DNA of 63,156 nucleotides, counting the filler, from Trichomonas gallinae (taxonomy: Eukaryota): the NCBI GenBank assembly GCA_008369845.1. It is 5 parts of 5 records of this genome, joined end to end, with 100 filler letters (N's around TTAATTAATTAA, not from the genome) between each part and the next. Parts side by side here need not be neighbours in the genome. Positions count along the whole stretch, not along the records: positions 30,014 to 47,583 come from MRSU01000895.1; 4 more parts are not named here. One strand, written 5' to 3'. Below the pieces are notes generated by a model that saw nothing but the letters and a program-made list of their open reading frames with translations, had not been told where the DNA came from and did not search any database. Below, one piece after another: positions 31,007-42,541 of the stretch. A program made the position numbers and the translations under genes. Position 1 is the first letter of the stretch. Each line of letters begins with the position of its first letter.

Positions 31007-32569
31007 TTACATTGCTTCGCCAGGTCCGTCTGGTATATCGAACTCGTTGGCGAATGGATCATCTACATCGTTGCCGTAGATAGGATTATCGTTTTCAACA
31101 ACCGGTGAATCATTTGGAATGTTTTCTGGCTGCTCGAACATCATATCTGGGATATCCGCTTTGCGTGTTGCCATGTAAACGATGCCAGCAATGAGGCCAA
31201 CAGCTGCTACACCTGCAACTCCTGCGATGATTAAACCTGCTGGACTTGTATCTGGGCTAGATTCCTTTCCAATAACAGCGCCTCCGTTCTTAGCACCGTC
31301 TGCATTATCTGATTGCTGCTTGATGATTGTGCTTATATCGATGACCGGTCCATCAGGTGCAATTTGATTTGATTCTGTGTAAACGATTGGATTGTATTCT
31401 TCGTCTGGTGTTCTGTTAGGAGTTGGATTTGCGGATGGCAGAGGTGATCGTGATGGCGATGGCTTTGGTGTTGGATTTGGAGATTGAGGTGGTGGTGCTG
31501 TTTGTGGTGGATGATCTGGTAGAGCTGTTTGAGTTGGCGGTGGGGATGGTGCTGGTGAGCGTGCTGGAGTAGGTTCAGGTGATGGAGCTGGTGATTGAGC
31601 TGGAGTTTGTGGTGGTAATGGAGTTGGATCTGGTGGATTTGCAACCTTCTCTTGTACACAGTTGTAAAGCTGATAGAAATAAAGGTTGAGGTTAAAATAT
31701 CTTGGATAGCACTCAGCAAAGTTAGCTGCGCCGTACATCCAACCAAGTCCACCAACTTTCTGTCCTCTGTTATTCTCGTAGCAGCAGTTCTGGAGCGTTA
31801 AGTATCCAATGAGCCAGAAGACGCCGTTATACTGACATCCACACTCGCGAATGACGCAATTATTCCATGTAACGGAACCAGCATTGTTTTCGACAAGGAT
31901 ACAGCGGTCAGTTGCAAAGCACTTATAGTGGTTGCAGTACTTAACATTGTAAGAACCAGCGCTGTACACAATTACGCCAATGCCATTCGGTGCATTGTTT
32001 TCAGCAACATTGCAATATTTGATGCTAGATTGTATGCACACATCGGCAACAGCATACCCACAGCTTCCAATGTTCGTATTCTTTGATATATTGCAACTGT
32101 CAATTTTGATTTCACCGCGTTTGGCGTAAAATGTGCCGGTGTAGTCTCTAATGACCTTGCCACAGCCTGTATACGTGCTATCGAGGATATAATTCTTCTG
32201 ATATCCATTAAAGCCAACAGCTGTGTAAGATGTCTGGCCATAGTAGGCTCCTGAGACTGATTGGAAGCACATCTTGGACTGTACAATGGATCCATCGTTA
32301 GTAAACAAGATTGCACCGCCACCATCTTTGTATGGCGTGTGAACGTCATGAATGAATATGTTTTCTGTGAGAAGTTTAACTGTTGGTGGAAGTCCCCACA
32401 TCGTAATTGCTCGATATGACTGACTAAATTCGCAATTGTGGACATAATAGTATCCAGGCCTCTGCGATTTATCGAAACCTAAGGATGTTAGTGTCTCGTA
32501 CCTTGTTACATCTGGGTAATAAGTGTCCCAATCAGTAACGAGTTTGTAGGTTATTAAACCAAGATTCAT
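31007..32569 (-). CDS. Type I surface protein: beta-helix-like ectodomain, Pro-rich stalk, TM helix and NPxY/acidic cytosolic tail
   Basis: GGGAI and CNxxxN repeats; P/S/T-rich linker; TM GLIIAGVAGVAAVGLIAGIVYMA; tail ENDNPIYG...DDPFANEF. Confidence 0.85.
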   Translation of the reverse strand: MNLGLITYKLVTDWDTYYPDVTRYETLTSLGFDKSQRPGYYYVHNCEFSQSYRAITMWGLPPTVKLLTENIFIHDVHTPYKDGGGAILFTNDGSIVQSKMCFQSVSGAYYGQTSYTAVGFNGYQKNYILDSTYTGCGKVIRDYTGTFYAKRGEIKIDSCNISKNTNIGSCGYAVADVCIQSSIKYCNVAENNAPNGIGVIVYSAGSYNVKYCNHYKCFATDRCILVENNAGSVTWNNCVIRECGCQYNGVFWLIGYLTLQNCCYENNRGQKVGGLGWMYGAANFAECYPRYFNLNLYFYQLYNCVQEKVANPPDPTPLPPQTPAQSPAPSPEPTPARSPAPSPPPTQTALPDHPPQTAPPPQSPNPTPKPSPSRSPLPSANPTPNRTPDEEYNPIVYTESNQIAPDGPVIDISTIIKQQSDNADGAKNGGAVIGKESSPDTSPAGLIIAGVAGVAAVGLIAGIVYMATRKADIPDMMFEQPENIPNDSPVVENDNPIYGNDVDDPFANEFDIPDGPGEAM

Positions 32570-34048
32570 TTGATTTAAAATGATAATTTTTATGGTTTTT
32601 AGCTAATTTTGTGGTATATAATGATATGAGATGGATGATAAAGAAATTCCATTTGTATCGGAAATATTGAATTGAATTTGAAAAATGCTTTTGAGAAGCG
32701 AATTCAAATATATAATCAATGAAATATTGTTGTATATGCCATGGGTCGTGTGTTTAACCAAGAATTGTAAATAATTTTGAAAAAAAATTGAGATAATCAT
32801 TCAAACTTATTTTAATCAAAATAACAGACATCATTCATATATATCGATTTTTAAATTATTTTGTAAATCAAGATTTTTTATTTATTTCTATATTTTGATC
32901 TATATCTTGTGATGATTATAACGATATAGATTTTATAATTCAACGTTTAAATTTCAGATATAATTCAAAAAAAAAAAATATAAAATTTTATATTGAAACA
33001 CTATCAAAACGGAAAAACACAAAAACTAGTTTAATATATTTATAAACTAATAATATGAAATATTTTACAATATTGCCAGTTTTTTCCCCGATTAATTATC
33101 GGTTCAATTTCTATCGTGTTTCAAATTGAAAATAATTATAGTTTTATGATATATGAACTCAATATGATGTGTGATCGTTGTTTCGCCCGTAAAATTCCAA
33201 AAAATGGCACTTTTTTGTCTTTTTTTAAATCAGAAAACTTTCATCTTATGATAGCAATTACCATATAATGTCTTTTCCAAATCTAATATTAAAAATCTCA
33301 AAAATCTCAACCGTGATATATCCATTTTCTAACCGAAGATTTCCCACGAAATGTTGATTGGAAACTAAAATATGAGTCATCTATCTATAATATCTGCTTT
33401 AGTAATTTTTTTTTGGTTTTTTTAATGAGCTAAACTCGGGGTAAATTTTGCACACAAAAAGAGAAAATAAAGGTTATATTTTGAGAGAAAAAACGAATTT
33501 TTCATCAAATCAATGACATGAAAAACATTTTAAAAATGCAATATTATCCTTATATTGCCCGTTTCATTCTTGAAAAAGTTTACGAGAACTTTGGAAAACA
33601 TTTGTAAATTTGCCATTAATATTTTAAGAAAATGTAGAATAGTTTTCTTGGTATACTTCGAAATTAGTTGTCTTAAAAATGTCAAGTTTAAGAGAAAGTC
33701 TGTATATGGCATGTCATATCTATATTTCTATATCAAGAATCGTTATAATTTTCATCATGTCGCAAAACATTTGTCCAAAATGAAAATATTTTTGACACTG
33801 ATTCGTTAGTTAATATGTTAAACAATAAAAGGATTTTGAGAGTGTCATTGTAAAACATAGGCATATGGCATTGCATTACTGTTATTTGTAGCTAGTAATT
33901 TTAGTTCCTTTTGTTGTAAATGCTGTTTGCAACTAGTAAATTATTTTCCAAGAGAAATAAGGATTCTCAATAGAATTCAACGTCAAATCATGATGAAAAG
34001 AAAATTAGGATTTACTAGTCGTTTTCTGCTGTTTCAAGTTGATATGAT

Positions 34049-35600
34049 ATGATTAAATCTTTAAGGCAATTTTCAGTCTAAAGTGCATCGAAAATGATGC
34101 TAATCAAATTAAATACCATGAGTAAACAGTGCGGAATGTTGACGAGAAGTGCAATTGATTCCACAAAGCTCACTCCTGGTTATTTCGAGAACCTAGCAAC
34201 AAAATCATATACATGCAGAGCTGTGTGGAAGGAATCAATAGAAAACCAGCCGAATAATCCATAGTTCTGCGATTTTCCAAAATCAAACGCAGAGCCCAAA
34301 TAACAGAAATGGGTAATAGCTTCGCATTGGATCACTCAATTAATTCAATGATGAGAGCATTCCTTAAATACTTGAAGAAGAAAATAGTTGATTTTAGAGG
34401 CGCAATTGTCGATCATAAATGAATCGAGAAAAAGTCATCGAAAGATTCTTTGTTGCAATCAACGACCGGATCTGGATCAATAGAAGCAATGAGAGTCTGA
34501 GCAGTGAAATAACGCTAGACGTTGATATAGAAGAACTCGTTGGAAGAAACTCAATACATCAGTCGAAATTAAGACTTGCTTTACTTGACATCTTCTTTCG
34601 GAGTCGTTGAAATTATCAATAAATTAGTCACTTCTCTCTTAGGATATACACTTGAACAAGCTCTAGGCCAGCACATCAGCTCATTCTTTATAATGGGCGA
34701 TGAAGACAAACTGAACCCAAAGCTGGAGATGATGAAATCAATCATCGTCGATTTTGTTGAGGAAGACTTCACCGCTTTGTCTGACAACGGAACAGAATTT
34801 GTTTGTCATGTGACAATCATAGGAATAAAAGGAAGCAGCGGTGATATCAACTCATTAAAGTTTATTTTCAGAGATCAAACAGCTCTTTTGCAGCAGATAA
34901 ATTCTGCCGAAGAAGCAAAAGCTAAAAGTGAATAATTACTTTAGCAGAATCTTCCAAGAGACATTGTTGTTCAGTAAAACAGAGGCGAGAAAGACATTTC
35001 GTTTGTCGTTGAATCTGCTACAGTTACATTTATTGATATACAGATATTCTCCGAATATGCAGCAGGTCTAATTCCACAGAAAATCATGGAAAACTTGAGT
35101 TTGTATTTCGCATCAATTGACAATATTGCTGCTTAATATTAATATCAGATGATTACAAAAATCAAACTGATTGGATACATCTACATAGCTGCAGCTGGTT
35201 TGTTTAATCTTGACTCTCCACCCGAAACTCATGCAGAACAAGTAATAATGCTTGGCTTAGATGCATTAACAGAATTGGATGAAGTCAACATGAAACTCGA
35301 TGCATCTTTGACGATAGGAATTGGAGTCTAAACTGGTGGACATTTAATTGCTGGCGTTTTGGGAACTGATAAACCAGCCTGCGACAATATAGGTGATGCA
35401 ATCAATGTTGCAGCTAGACTGCAAAGCACTGATGAACCAAATCATGTCCACATTTCTCATGCTACATATATGGCTTAGTAAAAGGAATGAATTTCGACAT
35501 AATTCCAACATTCCTGCATGGAAAATGAAAGCAAGTGACCTACCTCGTCAATTCCATGCAAGGAGGTTTCAACACAACAGGAAGCTTCATGAAATCTTAA
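34049..35600 (+). pseudogene. Transmembrane adenylyl cyclase (PAS + class III cyclase) pseudogene; 5' boundary approximate
   Basis: PAS-like INKLVTSLLGYTLEQALGQ; AKAKSE*LL*QNLPRDIV; VTFIDI; KIKLIGYIYIAAAGLF; GIGV*TGGHLIAGVLGTDKP; GDAINVAARLQS; HGK*KQVTYLV; many stops and frameshifts. Confidence 0.9.
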
Positions 35601-35721
35601 TGTTAAATAATTTTTTCTTTGAAATTTTTTATTTTTTTTTTTGCTGATTAGATTGATAAAATGCAAAATATTTGAAAGTTAATACATTGATGTTTAGCTA
35701 CCTGGGTAAAATAAAATAGAC

Positions 35722-38700
35722 TTAGTTGTATTTCTTGATGAGCTCAGAAGCCTTCTTGACGAGCTCGAGATCGTCGGACTCTTCGATGACTTTGAAAGCG
35801 ACTGGGTAAAGGTTTGCATAGAATCCCTCAGCCTTGGAGTACATGCATGTCATGTACTTGGCCATTGAATCGAGGATGGAGAGGGAAAGGATGGACATAA
35901 TTGGGACAGAGCATGATGTAGCGCACTGTGTGGCAATGTTTGGAAGCTGATCGATGGCCTGGCATGTGGCGACGACAACATCGTCAACCTCTTCCTTGCC
36001 TGTGATCTGCTTGAGGACCTCGAATGCGAGAGCACCGATGTCCTTGCGCTCGTGGAAGCACTTCTGGAGGAGAGCGGCTGGCTTAGCGATGCCCTTCTCA
36101 GCGAACTTGACAGTCTGGAGCTTGGCAACTGTGAGGAGTGTCTCCATCATGTGGAACTGGATTTCCTTGGATGTGATGACCTTGGCGGAGGCGAAGTCGA
36201 GAGCCTCGAAGATCTTTGAAGCAAGCTCGGCCTTCTCGTCGTACTTGGCGTAGACGCAGCACATGAGGGCCATGCAGTCGTTTACGTGCTTGTCAGAGAG
36301 GGCTGTCTCTGTGAGGGCTTCAGCAGAGCGCTGGCAGATGACCTGGAGGTACTCCTGTGGGATCTTCTCAATGATGTGCTCCTGTACGACATCGTTGAAT
36401 GAGGCAAGGATGAAGCCAGCTGTCTTGTTTGTAGCGTTCTGGATAGCCATGATAAAGAGCTTGTAGAACTGAAGGCAAAGGTCCTGGTTTGTCTTGAGGA
36501 CAGCGAACTGGGCAGCGAGGATAGCGAAGAGTGTACCGAATGTGAGGGATGTGAAGTCTTCACCGGACTTGCAGTAGACCTCGGCGTTGTCAGCGATAGC
36601 CTTGAGCTGAGCAACAGAGAGGTTGTAAGCCTTGAGTGAGATGTCCTTGAGGGCGATGTGGAGGTCGTCATCAATGCTCAAGTTCTGTGGGTTGATGATT
36701 GTGGACTTGATGATCTCCTGGGAGATGACCTGAGCCATGAGGGCTGTGAGGCCCTTGACCTTCCTTCTGTTCTGCTTCTGAACGGAGTAGAAGGAAAGGA
36801 CGATGAGGAAGATGACTGGGTCGAACTGAGTTGTCTCGTGGAAGGCAGCAAGGATCTCAACGAATTTGTCGTGGTTTTGCTGTGCTGTGCCCTCGATGAA
36901 GATGGCCTTGACGAAGTCTGGGTCCTGGATATTAGCAGAGAACAAAGCAAGTGTCATTGGTCTGTAGCCGATTGTGAACAACTTGCCTGCGATAACGCGC
37001 TTGTTCTCCTCTGTGTATCTCTTGAGGGACTCGTAGACGTTGTGGAACATCAATGTGTCCTCGTCGATGAGGAAGAGCTCGTCGAAGTCCTTGTCCTCGC
37101 AGCAGTCTGAGCATCTGTCAACGATAGCGGCGCAGACGATAGAAGCAGCCTCAGATTTCTCAATGATCTTGACGCAGAACTTGAAGAGTCTGGCGATGGC
37201 AGCCTTGTCGACCTTCTTGACGACCTCGCACCAGAGTGTGTGAACGATTGTTGTGATCTCTGAGTGAGCAAGGCCGATTGTGTCGACACCGCAGCCGACT
37301 TCGTAGACGTTCTTGAGGATGTTGAGAGCGTAGTTGCGGGACTTCTCGTCGATGTGGAGTGTGTATGGGACTAAAATCTCGAGGAAGTCGTGGTCATCCT
37401 TTGTGGATGTGAATGAGCAGCCAACGCCACTGGCAACCTTAGAAACCTCGTACATGAGCTCGAGGAGCTTTGTGCAGTCCTTCTTGTCAGCGAGCTTAGC
37501 GAATCTGGCGAAGAATCTCTCGAATGTCTTGTCGTTCTTGCCAGCTGTAAGGATAGACTGAAGCTGTTCGTTGTAGTCGTATCCGAATGGCTTTGTCATT
37601 GCGTGTTGGATGATTGTGATGATTGCGTCATCGATTCTGTCCTTGCCGATGACGGAGAAGAGTGTTGGGATGAACTCTGGGAATGAGGAGTCCAAAACCT
37701 TCTTGACTAAGTTGTCTGGCATTGGGAGCTTGTCGTAGACAACTAAGATCTTGAGGGCCTTGATGACTGTCTCAGAGACCTGGTCAGCCATGGCTGGGCC
37801 TGGGACAGCGATTCTTGTGACGGCGTAGAGGTTCTTCATATCCTTCTCGTCCTTGATTGCGTTCTGGACGATCCAGATGATTGTTGGGAAGGCAGCCTCG
37901 TAGAACTCCTTTGGTGGTGGTGGCTTTGTGAACTGGATTGGGAGTGGGACGACGTCGTTGAAGGCGATCTTGAGCTGATCAACAGCCTGTGTTGTGTTGT
38001 TGCGTGCGAGAGCCTGGAAGTACTGTGTGTAGAGCTTGTAGTTTGCGTATGATGACTCGACGTTCTTTGTGAGGATCTTAGCGTTGACGTCGCTGAGCTT
38101 GAATGTGCCAGCAGCGAGAACTTCGTAGCCTGTGTTTGGTCTTTCCTTTGCTTGCTTGATGAGGTAGGCCTGGAATGCCTGCATGCGCTCGTCTTCTGGG
38201 CAGTAGAATGGAGCGATGTCGTTGGCTGTTGTTGGTGTTGGGATTGTCTCGAGGCCGCAGATGACGCCGAGGAATTTAGCGACAGCAACGACTGTCTCTG
38301 TGTCCTCGTCGTCTAAGATGAGGAAGCGAGCGAGGTGGGCAACTGTCTCTGTTGGGAATGTCTCTGTAGCGGACAAATCCTTGCTGAGGAAGAACTTGCA
38401 GAACTCACGGATCAGGATTGGGTGTGTAAGGTATGCGCATCTCTCGAAGAAGAGCTTGAGGAGGTCGGCGTGGAATTCGTCAAGGTCCTTGATGATCTGA
38501 ACGCATTGGTCGAGTGTTTCTTGATTGTTAACGATATCTGTCTGGATGGCGTTGAAGAAAGCCTCACCGATCATCTGGATTCTCTCCTGGTTGATAGCCT
38601 TGTTTGTGATGATGAATCTGAGGGCCTCAATTGTGAACAATGGGCATATGTCGAAAGCCTTCTTGACGACATCTGGGTAGGTCTCGAAGATGCCGAAGTT

Positions 38701-39684
38701 AACAGCATATAAGATAGCACCATATGGATTCAATTCCTGAACCACAGTCTCGAATGTTGGAGCATCTTTGCGCTTCTCTGTGAACTGGACGAGCATTGGG
38801 CCGAGAGCGTCCTCGAATGATGTGATAGCGTTGGAGAGGTTTGGTGCAGCAAATGATAATTGGATAGCGACGTTGAACTTGTCTGTCTCATCATATGTCT
38901 CTGGGACTGGCATCAAGTTGAGGATACGGCCAATATAGTTGAGTGAGCGCTTTGAGCAAGAAGAGAACTTGAATGGAAGTTCTGGGGCGAGCTTCTTGAG
39001 AATAGCGATCTTAGCCTCGTTGTCAACCTTCTCGAGGAGGGCGAGGATGAACATAAGAGCAACCTCAACCTTAGATTCGAGTTGAAGGAATTTCTTGATG
39101 TCTGTGATGAGCTCGTCAGCATTTGTCAAGTGCTGCATGATAGCCTTGAGATCGGATTCAAGGCCACCTGCTGGGTTCAAGTCGAGATTCTGGATGGCCA
39201 AAGCGCCAGCATAGAGTGTCTCGATCTTGTCTGGGTACTCGACATAAGCGAGCTTGAGAGCATCGGCTGCGTGCTTTGGTGTCTTTGTTGCGAGAGTGGC
39301 AAGTGGGATAGCATGCTTTGTCATCTCTGTAGCGTTAGGATCAGCCTTTGTGACAAGCTCGAAGAAGACCTTGTTGTAGAGTTCGTAGTCATCAATATTC
39401 TTCAATAATCTTGGGTACTGGGAAAATGCATCCAAATACTTTGTTGCCATAGCAACATCAGCTGGGTAATGCCTGGATGTCAATGTAAGGGCTAATAAGA
39501 AGAACTTCTCGCTTAAAACTGGATCGATAAGGCCGATAGCATGCTCGTAAACTTTAAGAATGTCCATATCAACAGTTTCAGCGCTAATTATAGACTCGAT
39601 AAATGGTTCCTTGTTCTCGATCTTCTGGGAAACCAGAACACCGATTGTTTTCTGGAAAAGGACGGTTCCATATGAAGAAATCAT
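35722..39684 (-). CDS. Large (about 1320 aa) HEAT/ARM-like hypothetical protein with strong codon bias; start MISSYG
   Basis: Long ORF of helical composition, rich in CTC/ATC/AAG/GAG codons; Inr TCACT just upstream of the ATG at 39684. Confidence 0.85.
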   Translation of the reverse strand: MISSYGTVLFQKTIGVLVSQKIENKEPFIESIISAETVDMDILKVYEHAIGLIDPVLSEKFFLLALTLTSRHYPADVAMATKYLDAFSQYPRLLKNIDDYELYNKVFFELVTKADPNATEMTKHAIPLATLATKTPKHAADALKLAYVEYPDKIETLYAGALAIQNLDLNPAGGLESDLKAIMQHLTNADELITDIKKFLQLESKVEVALMFILALLEKVDNEAKIAILKKLAPELPFKFSSCSKRSLNYIGRILNLMPVPETYDETDKFNVAIQLSFAAPNLSNAITSFEDALGPMLVQFTEKRKDAPTFETVVQELNPYGAILYAVNFGIFETYPDVVKKAFDICPLFTIEALRFIITNKAINQERIQMIGEAFFNAIQTDIVNNQETLDQCVQIIKDLDEFHADLLKLFFERCAYLTHPILIREFCKFFLSKDLSATETFPTETVAHLARFLILDDEDTETVVAVAKFLGVICGLETIPTPTTANDIAPFYCPEDERMQAFQAYLIKQAKERPNTGYEVLAAGTFKLSDVNAKILTKNVESSYANYKLYTQYFQALARNNTTQAVDQLKIAFNDVVPLPIQFTKPPPPKEFYEAAFPTIIWIVQNAIKDEKDMKNLYAVTRIAVPGPAMADQVSETVIKALKILVVYDKLPMPDNLVKKVLDSSFPEFIPTLFSVIGKDRIDDAIITIIQHAMTKPFGYDYNEQLQSILTAGKNDKTFERFFARFAKLADKKDCTKLLELMYEVSKVASGVGCSFTSTKDDHDFLEILVPYTLHIDEKSRNYALNILKNVYEVGCGVDTIGLAHSEITTIVHTLWCEVVKKVDKAAIARLFKFCVKIIEKSEAASIVCAAIVDRCSDCCEDKDFDELFLIDEDTLMFHNVYESLKRYTEENKRVIAGKLFTIGYRPMTLALFSANIQDPDFVKAIFIEGTAQQNHDKFVEILAAFHETTQFDPVIFLIVLSFYSVQKQNRRKVKGLTALMAQVISQEIIKSTIINPQNLSIDDDLHIALKDISLKAYNLSVAQLKAIADNAEVYCKSGEDFTSLTFGTLFAILAAQFAVLKTNQDLCLQFYKLFIMAIQNATNKTAGFILASFNDVVQEHIIEKIPQEYLQVICQRSAEALTETALSDKHVNDCMALMCCVYAKYDEKAELASKIFEALDFASAKVITSKEIQFHMMETLLTVAKLQTVKFAEKGIAKPAALLQKCFHERKDIGALAFEVLKQITGKEEVDDVVVATCQAIDQLPNIATQCATSCSVPIMSILSLSILDSMAKYMTCMYSKAEGFYANLYPVAFKVIEESDDLELVKKASELIKKYN

Positions 39685-42541
39685 CTGAAGTGAGATAAAG
39701 TTCTCAAAATTTTTAAAATAAAATTGAATTTTTCTTTTCAATTTTTATAAAATAATCGTTTGGTCATATTATAACCATTTTATAGCATAATACTTAAAAC
39801 TGTTTTTAGATTTTTATTTTTTAAATATATTAATTATATTTCTTTAATATATGGGACCTCGAAATATAATAAAATTGGCCATATATATATTCAAAAGCAA
39901 AAAGCAATAGAAAAAAATATTATTTTGCTAGAGAAGTCGAAAACTCATATTATCTTTTCTTATTATATATAGGTGTAGATTTATATAAAAAATTTTTTTG
40001 CGAGGGAAGTCGATAATTCATAGTTTTGAGGGTGGATAGCTCATTCGATATAAGTCGAATTTGTAAATATTTTATCGATAAATATTCACCTCACCTTTAG
40101 GGTCTAAAAAATATTTTTGGTAAAATTGATTGAAAAATATTACCGATTTCGTGGTGGGATTCTCGTAAAATGCACGTGAGGTATCATATATTGTGGATGA
40201 GCAAACGAAACAAACAATATTAAGAGATATTAATTGTAAATCTGACGAAAGGCTTCTCGTAAAATGCAGGAGCCGTAATCTATGTAATACTGATGTGCCT
40301 GACTACAGCATGCTTGTACATGGACAACTGAACTACGATTCAGTATTGAAACGATAGGTTTAATATCAAGGTTTAAAGTTCTATAAATCGCTTTGTAGTG
40401 AAATAAGTATTATAGATAATGTAATGGCAACATGAAAATGGACGAAACTTAAAGATTTTAATGATCGATTGATCGAACTCAATGTAATCCTGCAAATAAC
40501 TACATTAGAAGATGTTCTGACGAATCAAACGATTTTAAGTTTGCATTTACGTGCGCAAAAATTATCAAAATGAAAATATTGGAAATTATAACGATTCTTT
40601 GTGATTTTAGTAATACGTAGCTTATGTATATGGGATTTAGTGGGATAAAAGTTCAAAATATTGAGATAAATTAATTTTGAATTTATCTTTGAAAAACGAT
40701 ATCTTATATCTACTAACACCGAGTATTTGAATTTTTTGCAAAACATTTTGTCGAAAAACTTGAAATAAAATTATGACTGTAATAGTGAAATGGGCGTATT
40801 TTGATGTAATTTGATACCTATGAGTTATACTTTGGCTATTGAGAAAAAGGCGTGCGTATGGAAGGCAGTATTTCTACACAGCGCGTAATTGATTCCGGTT
40901 AATTAATTTAATAACTGTCACATTTCATATAAACGTGTTTTATCATTTATGTTGAATGTGTTTTAATTGTATTCACGAAAAACAAGAAAATAACGAAGAA
41001 CGGTGAATTTAAAAAGTGAAGTAACAATTATCTGGAATTTCGTAATTTTGGAAAATCATAAGATCAAACCGATAATTATTGTAAATGCATTCACCAAATG
41101 AGGCATATAAGTATGGTGTAATGAATGTGTAGCCTATGATGATATACTCGCTGCAGTAAAGCTAAATCAATATTCATCGCTTAAATTTAATCAATATAAC
41201 AACCTATTGTAAGTGTATATATATTAATTTGCTCAAATAGTCTAAATATAATCCGTAGAATTGTCCGTTTACGATTAAAAATATTTAGATATGAAAATTT
41301 AAAATATGAAATATTTAATCAACATGTATTAGCTATTCCAAATGTCGATATACTAGAAGATAAATTGTGTTTGCTATGAGAATCGTATTAAATGGAATTT
41401 TGATAATTCAGTTTGAAAATTTGCTCTTATTGGCTTTATAAGAGTAGGAAATTATTCAGAAATGTATGCAATCTGTTTTAAGAAAGCAAATTCTGTAAGA
41501 ATAACAATGAGGATAATTAATCTCAGATAATTTCCCAATTATGTCAATAAAGTAAGGCATGGCTAAGAGATTGAACTCTTCACTTATTCGGTTGTCACCA
41601 TGCAAGAATATTCTGCAATTCTCCCGTATAATAATCCAAGATTTTCGGTCTTTACGAAAAAAGATAAATATAAAGTCGCATTTTTATGATATTCGGAGTA
41701 TCCATATGATACGGAAGCATAAATCATCAATAAATTCAATAGATATATTAAGCTAATGAGTCGATAATTCTGTGTGTTATTAAAAAGAGTGCGTTTATCG
41801 TGAGAACATTCATGCACAATAAACTTAGCCTGCTTGGCTTGTAGACACTTCAATCTGTTCTCTTAATAATCCAATGGTGCAAGATTCAAGGAATCGTAAT
41901 AAATTTTTCTACGAAGTTCCATGTAACGAGGGTTCTTTGTATTGGACGTAAACGATTCGTTTATATATTTGGCTGGAAAAGGCTAAATTTAACAGAAATC
42001 TCATACACGTGATTAAATTTTTCGTTGATATAATACATATGACTGATATTGCGATGTTTTAATTAATTCAAGATCACACATAGAAAATTGAATTGTACGA
42101 AGCTTTATATGAAAATTAATCAAAATTCTAGATTGGCTTTATAAACATATAGTATAAACCTTCGAGTGCGTTATCAAAAAATCGGTGAAAAATTTTTGAA
42201 TCGATAATTTTGGATGAATTTTAACTAGCATTAAGAGCTAAGCTGTTAGGTAAAGGATTCAAAAAGCAACAAAAATTATTTTGAGATGTTTACAAATTGA
42301 CACAGTTAATGTTATTGCCAAAATTATGATAAAAATACTGAGAAACCTCAAAGTCCGACATTCTTTTATTTTTTGTTAATATTAAATTTTTACTCCACAT
42401 TGAATTTCATTTATTTTGGAATATCGATTGATGCAACAAATATTAATATTACAAGAAAATAACCATTAAATTTTTCTAGCAATAAAGCGAATTCTGAAGT
42501 TTACAAGCATTCAAAATTTTGCTTGTTATAATTTTCAATCA

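Noticed and set aside
26589..35600. Alternative genetic code (TAA/TAG = Gln) suggested by in-frame stops
   Set aside because: Intact genes terminate at TAA/TAG in expected positions and have no internal stops; the affected loci also show deletions, frameshifts or catalytic loss
35850..39408. Many 60-150 aa alternative-frame and antisense ORFs (also inside beta-adaptin, ALDH, RPL37 and the surface protein)
   Set aside because: Shadow ORFs caused by codon bias of the real genes; no recognisable motifs
41770..41781. AATAACACACAG on the minus strand, one mismatch from the Trichomonas intron 3' motif ACTAACACACAG
   Set aside because: The mismatch is in the branch-point motif, with no matching 5' splice site or flanking exons
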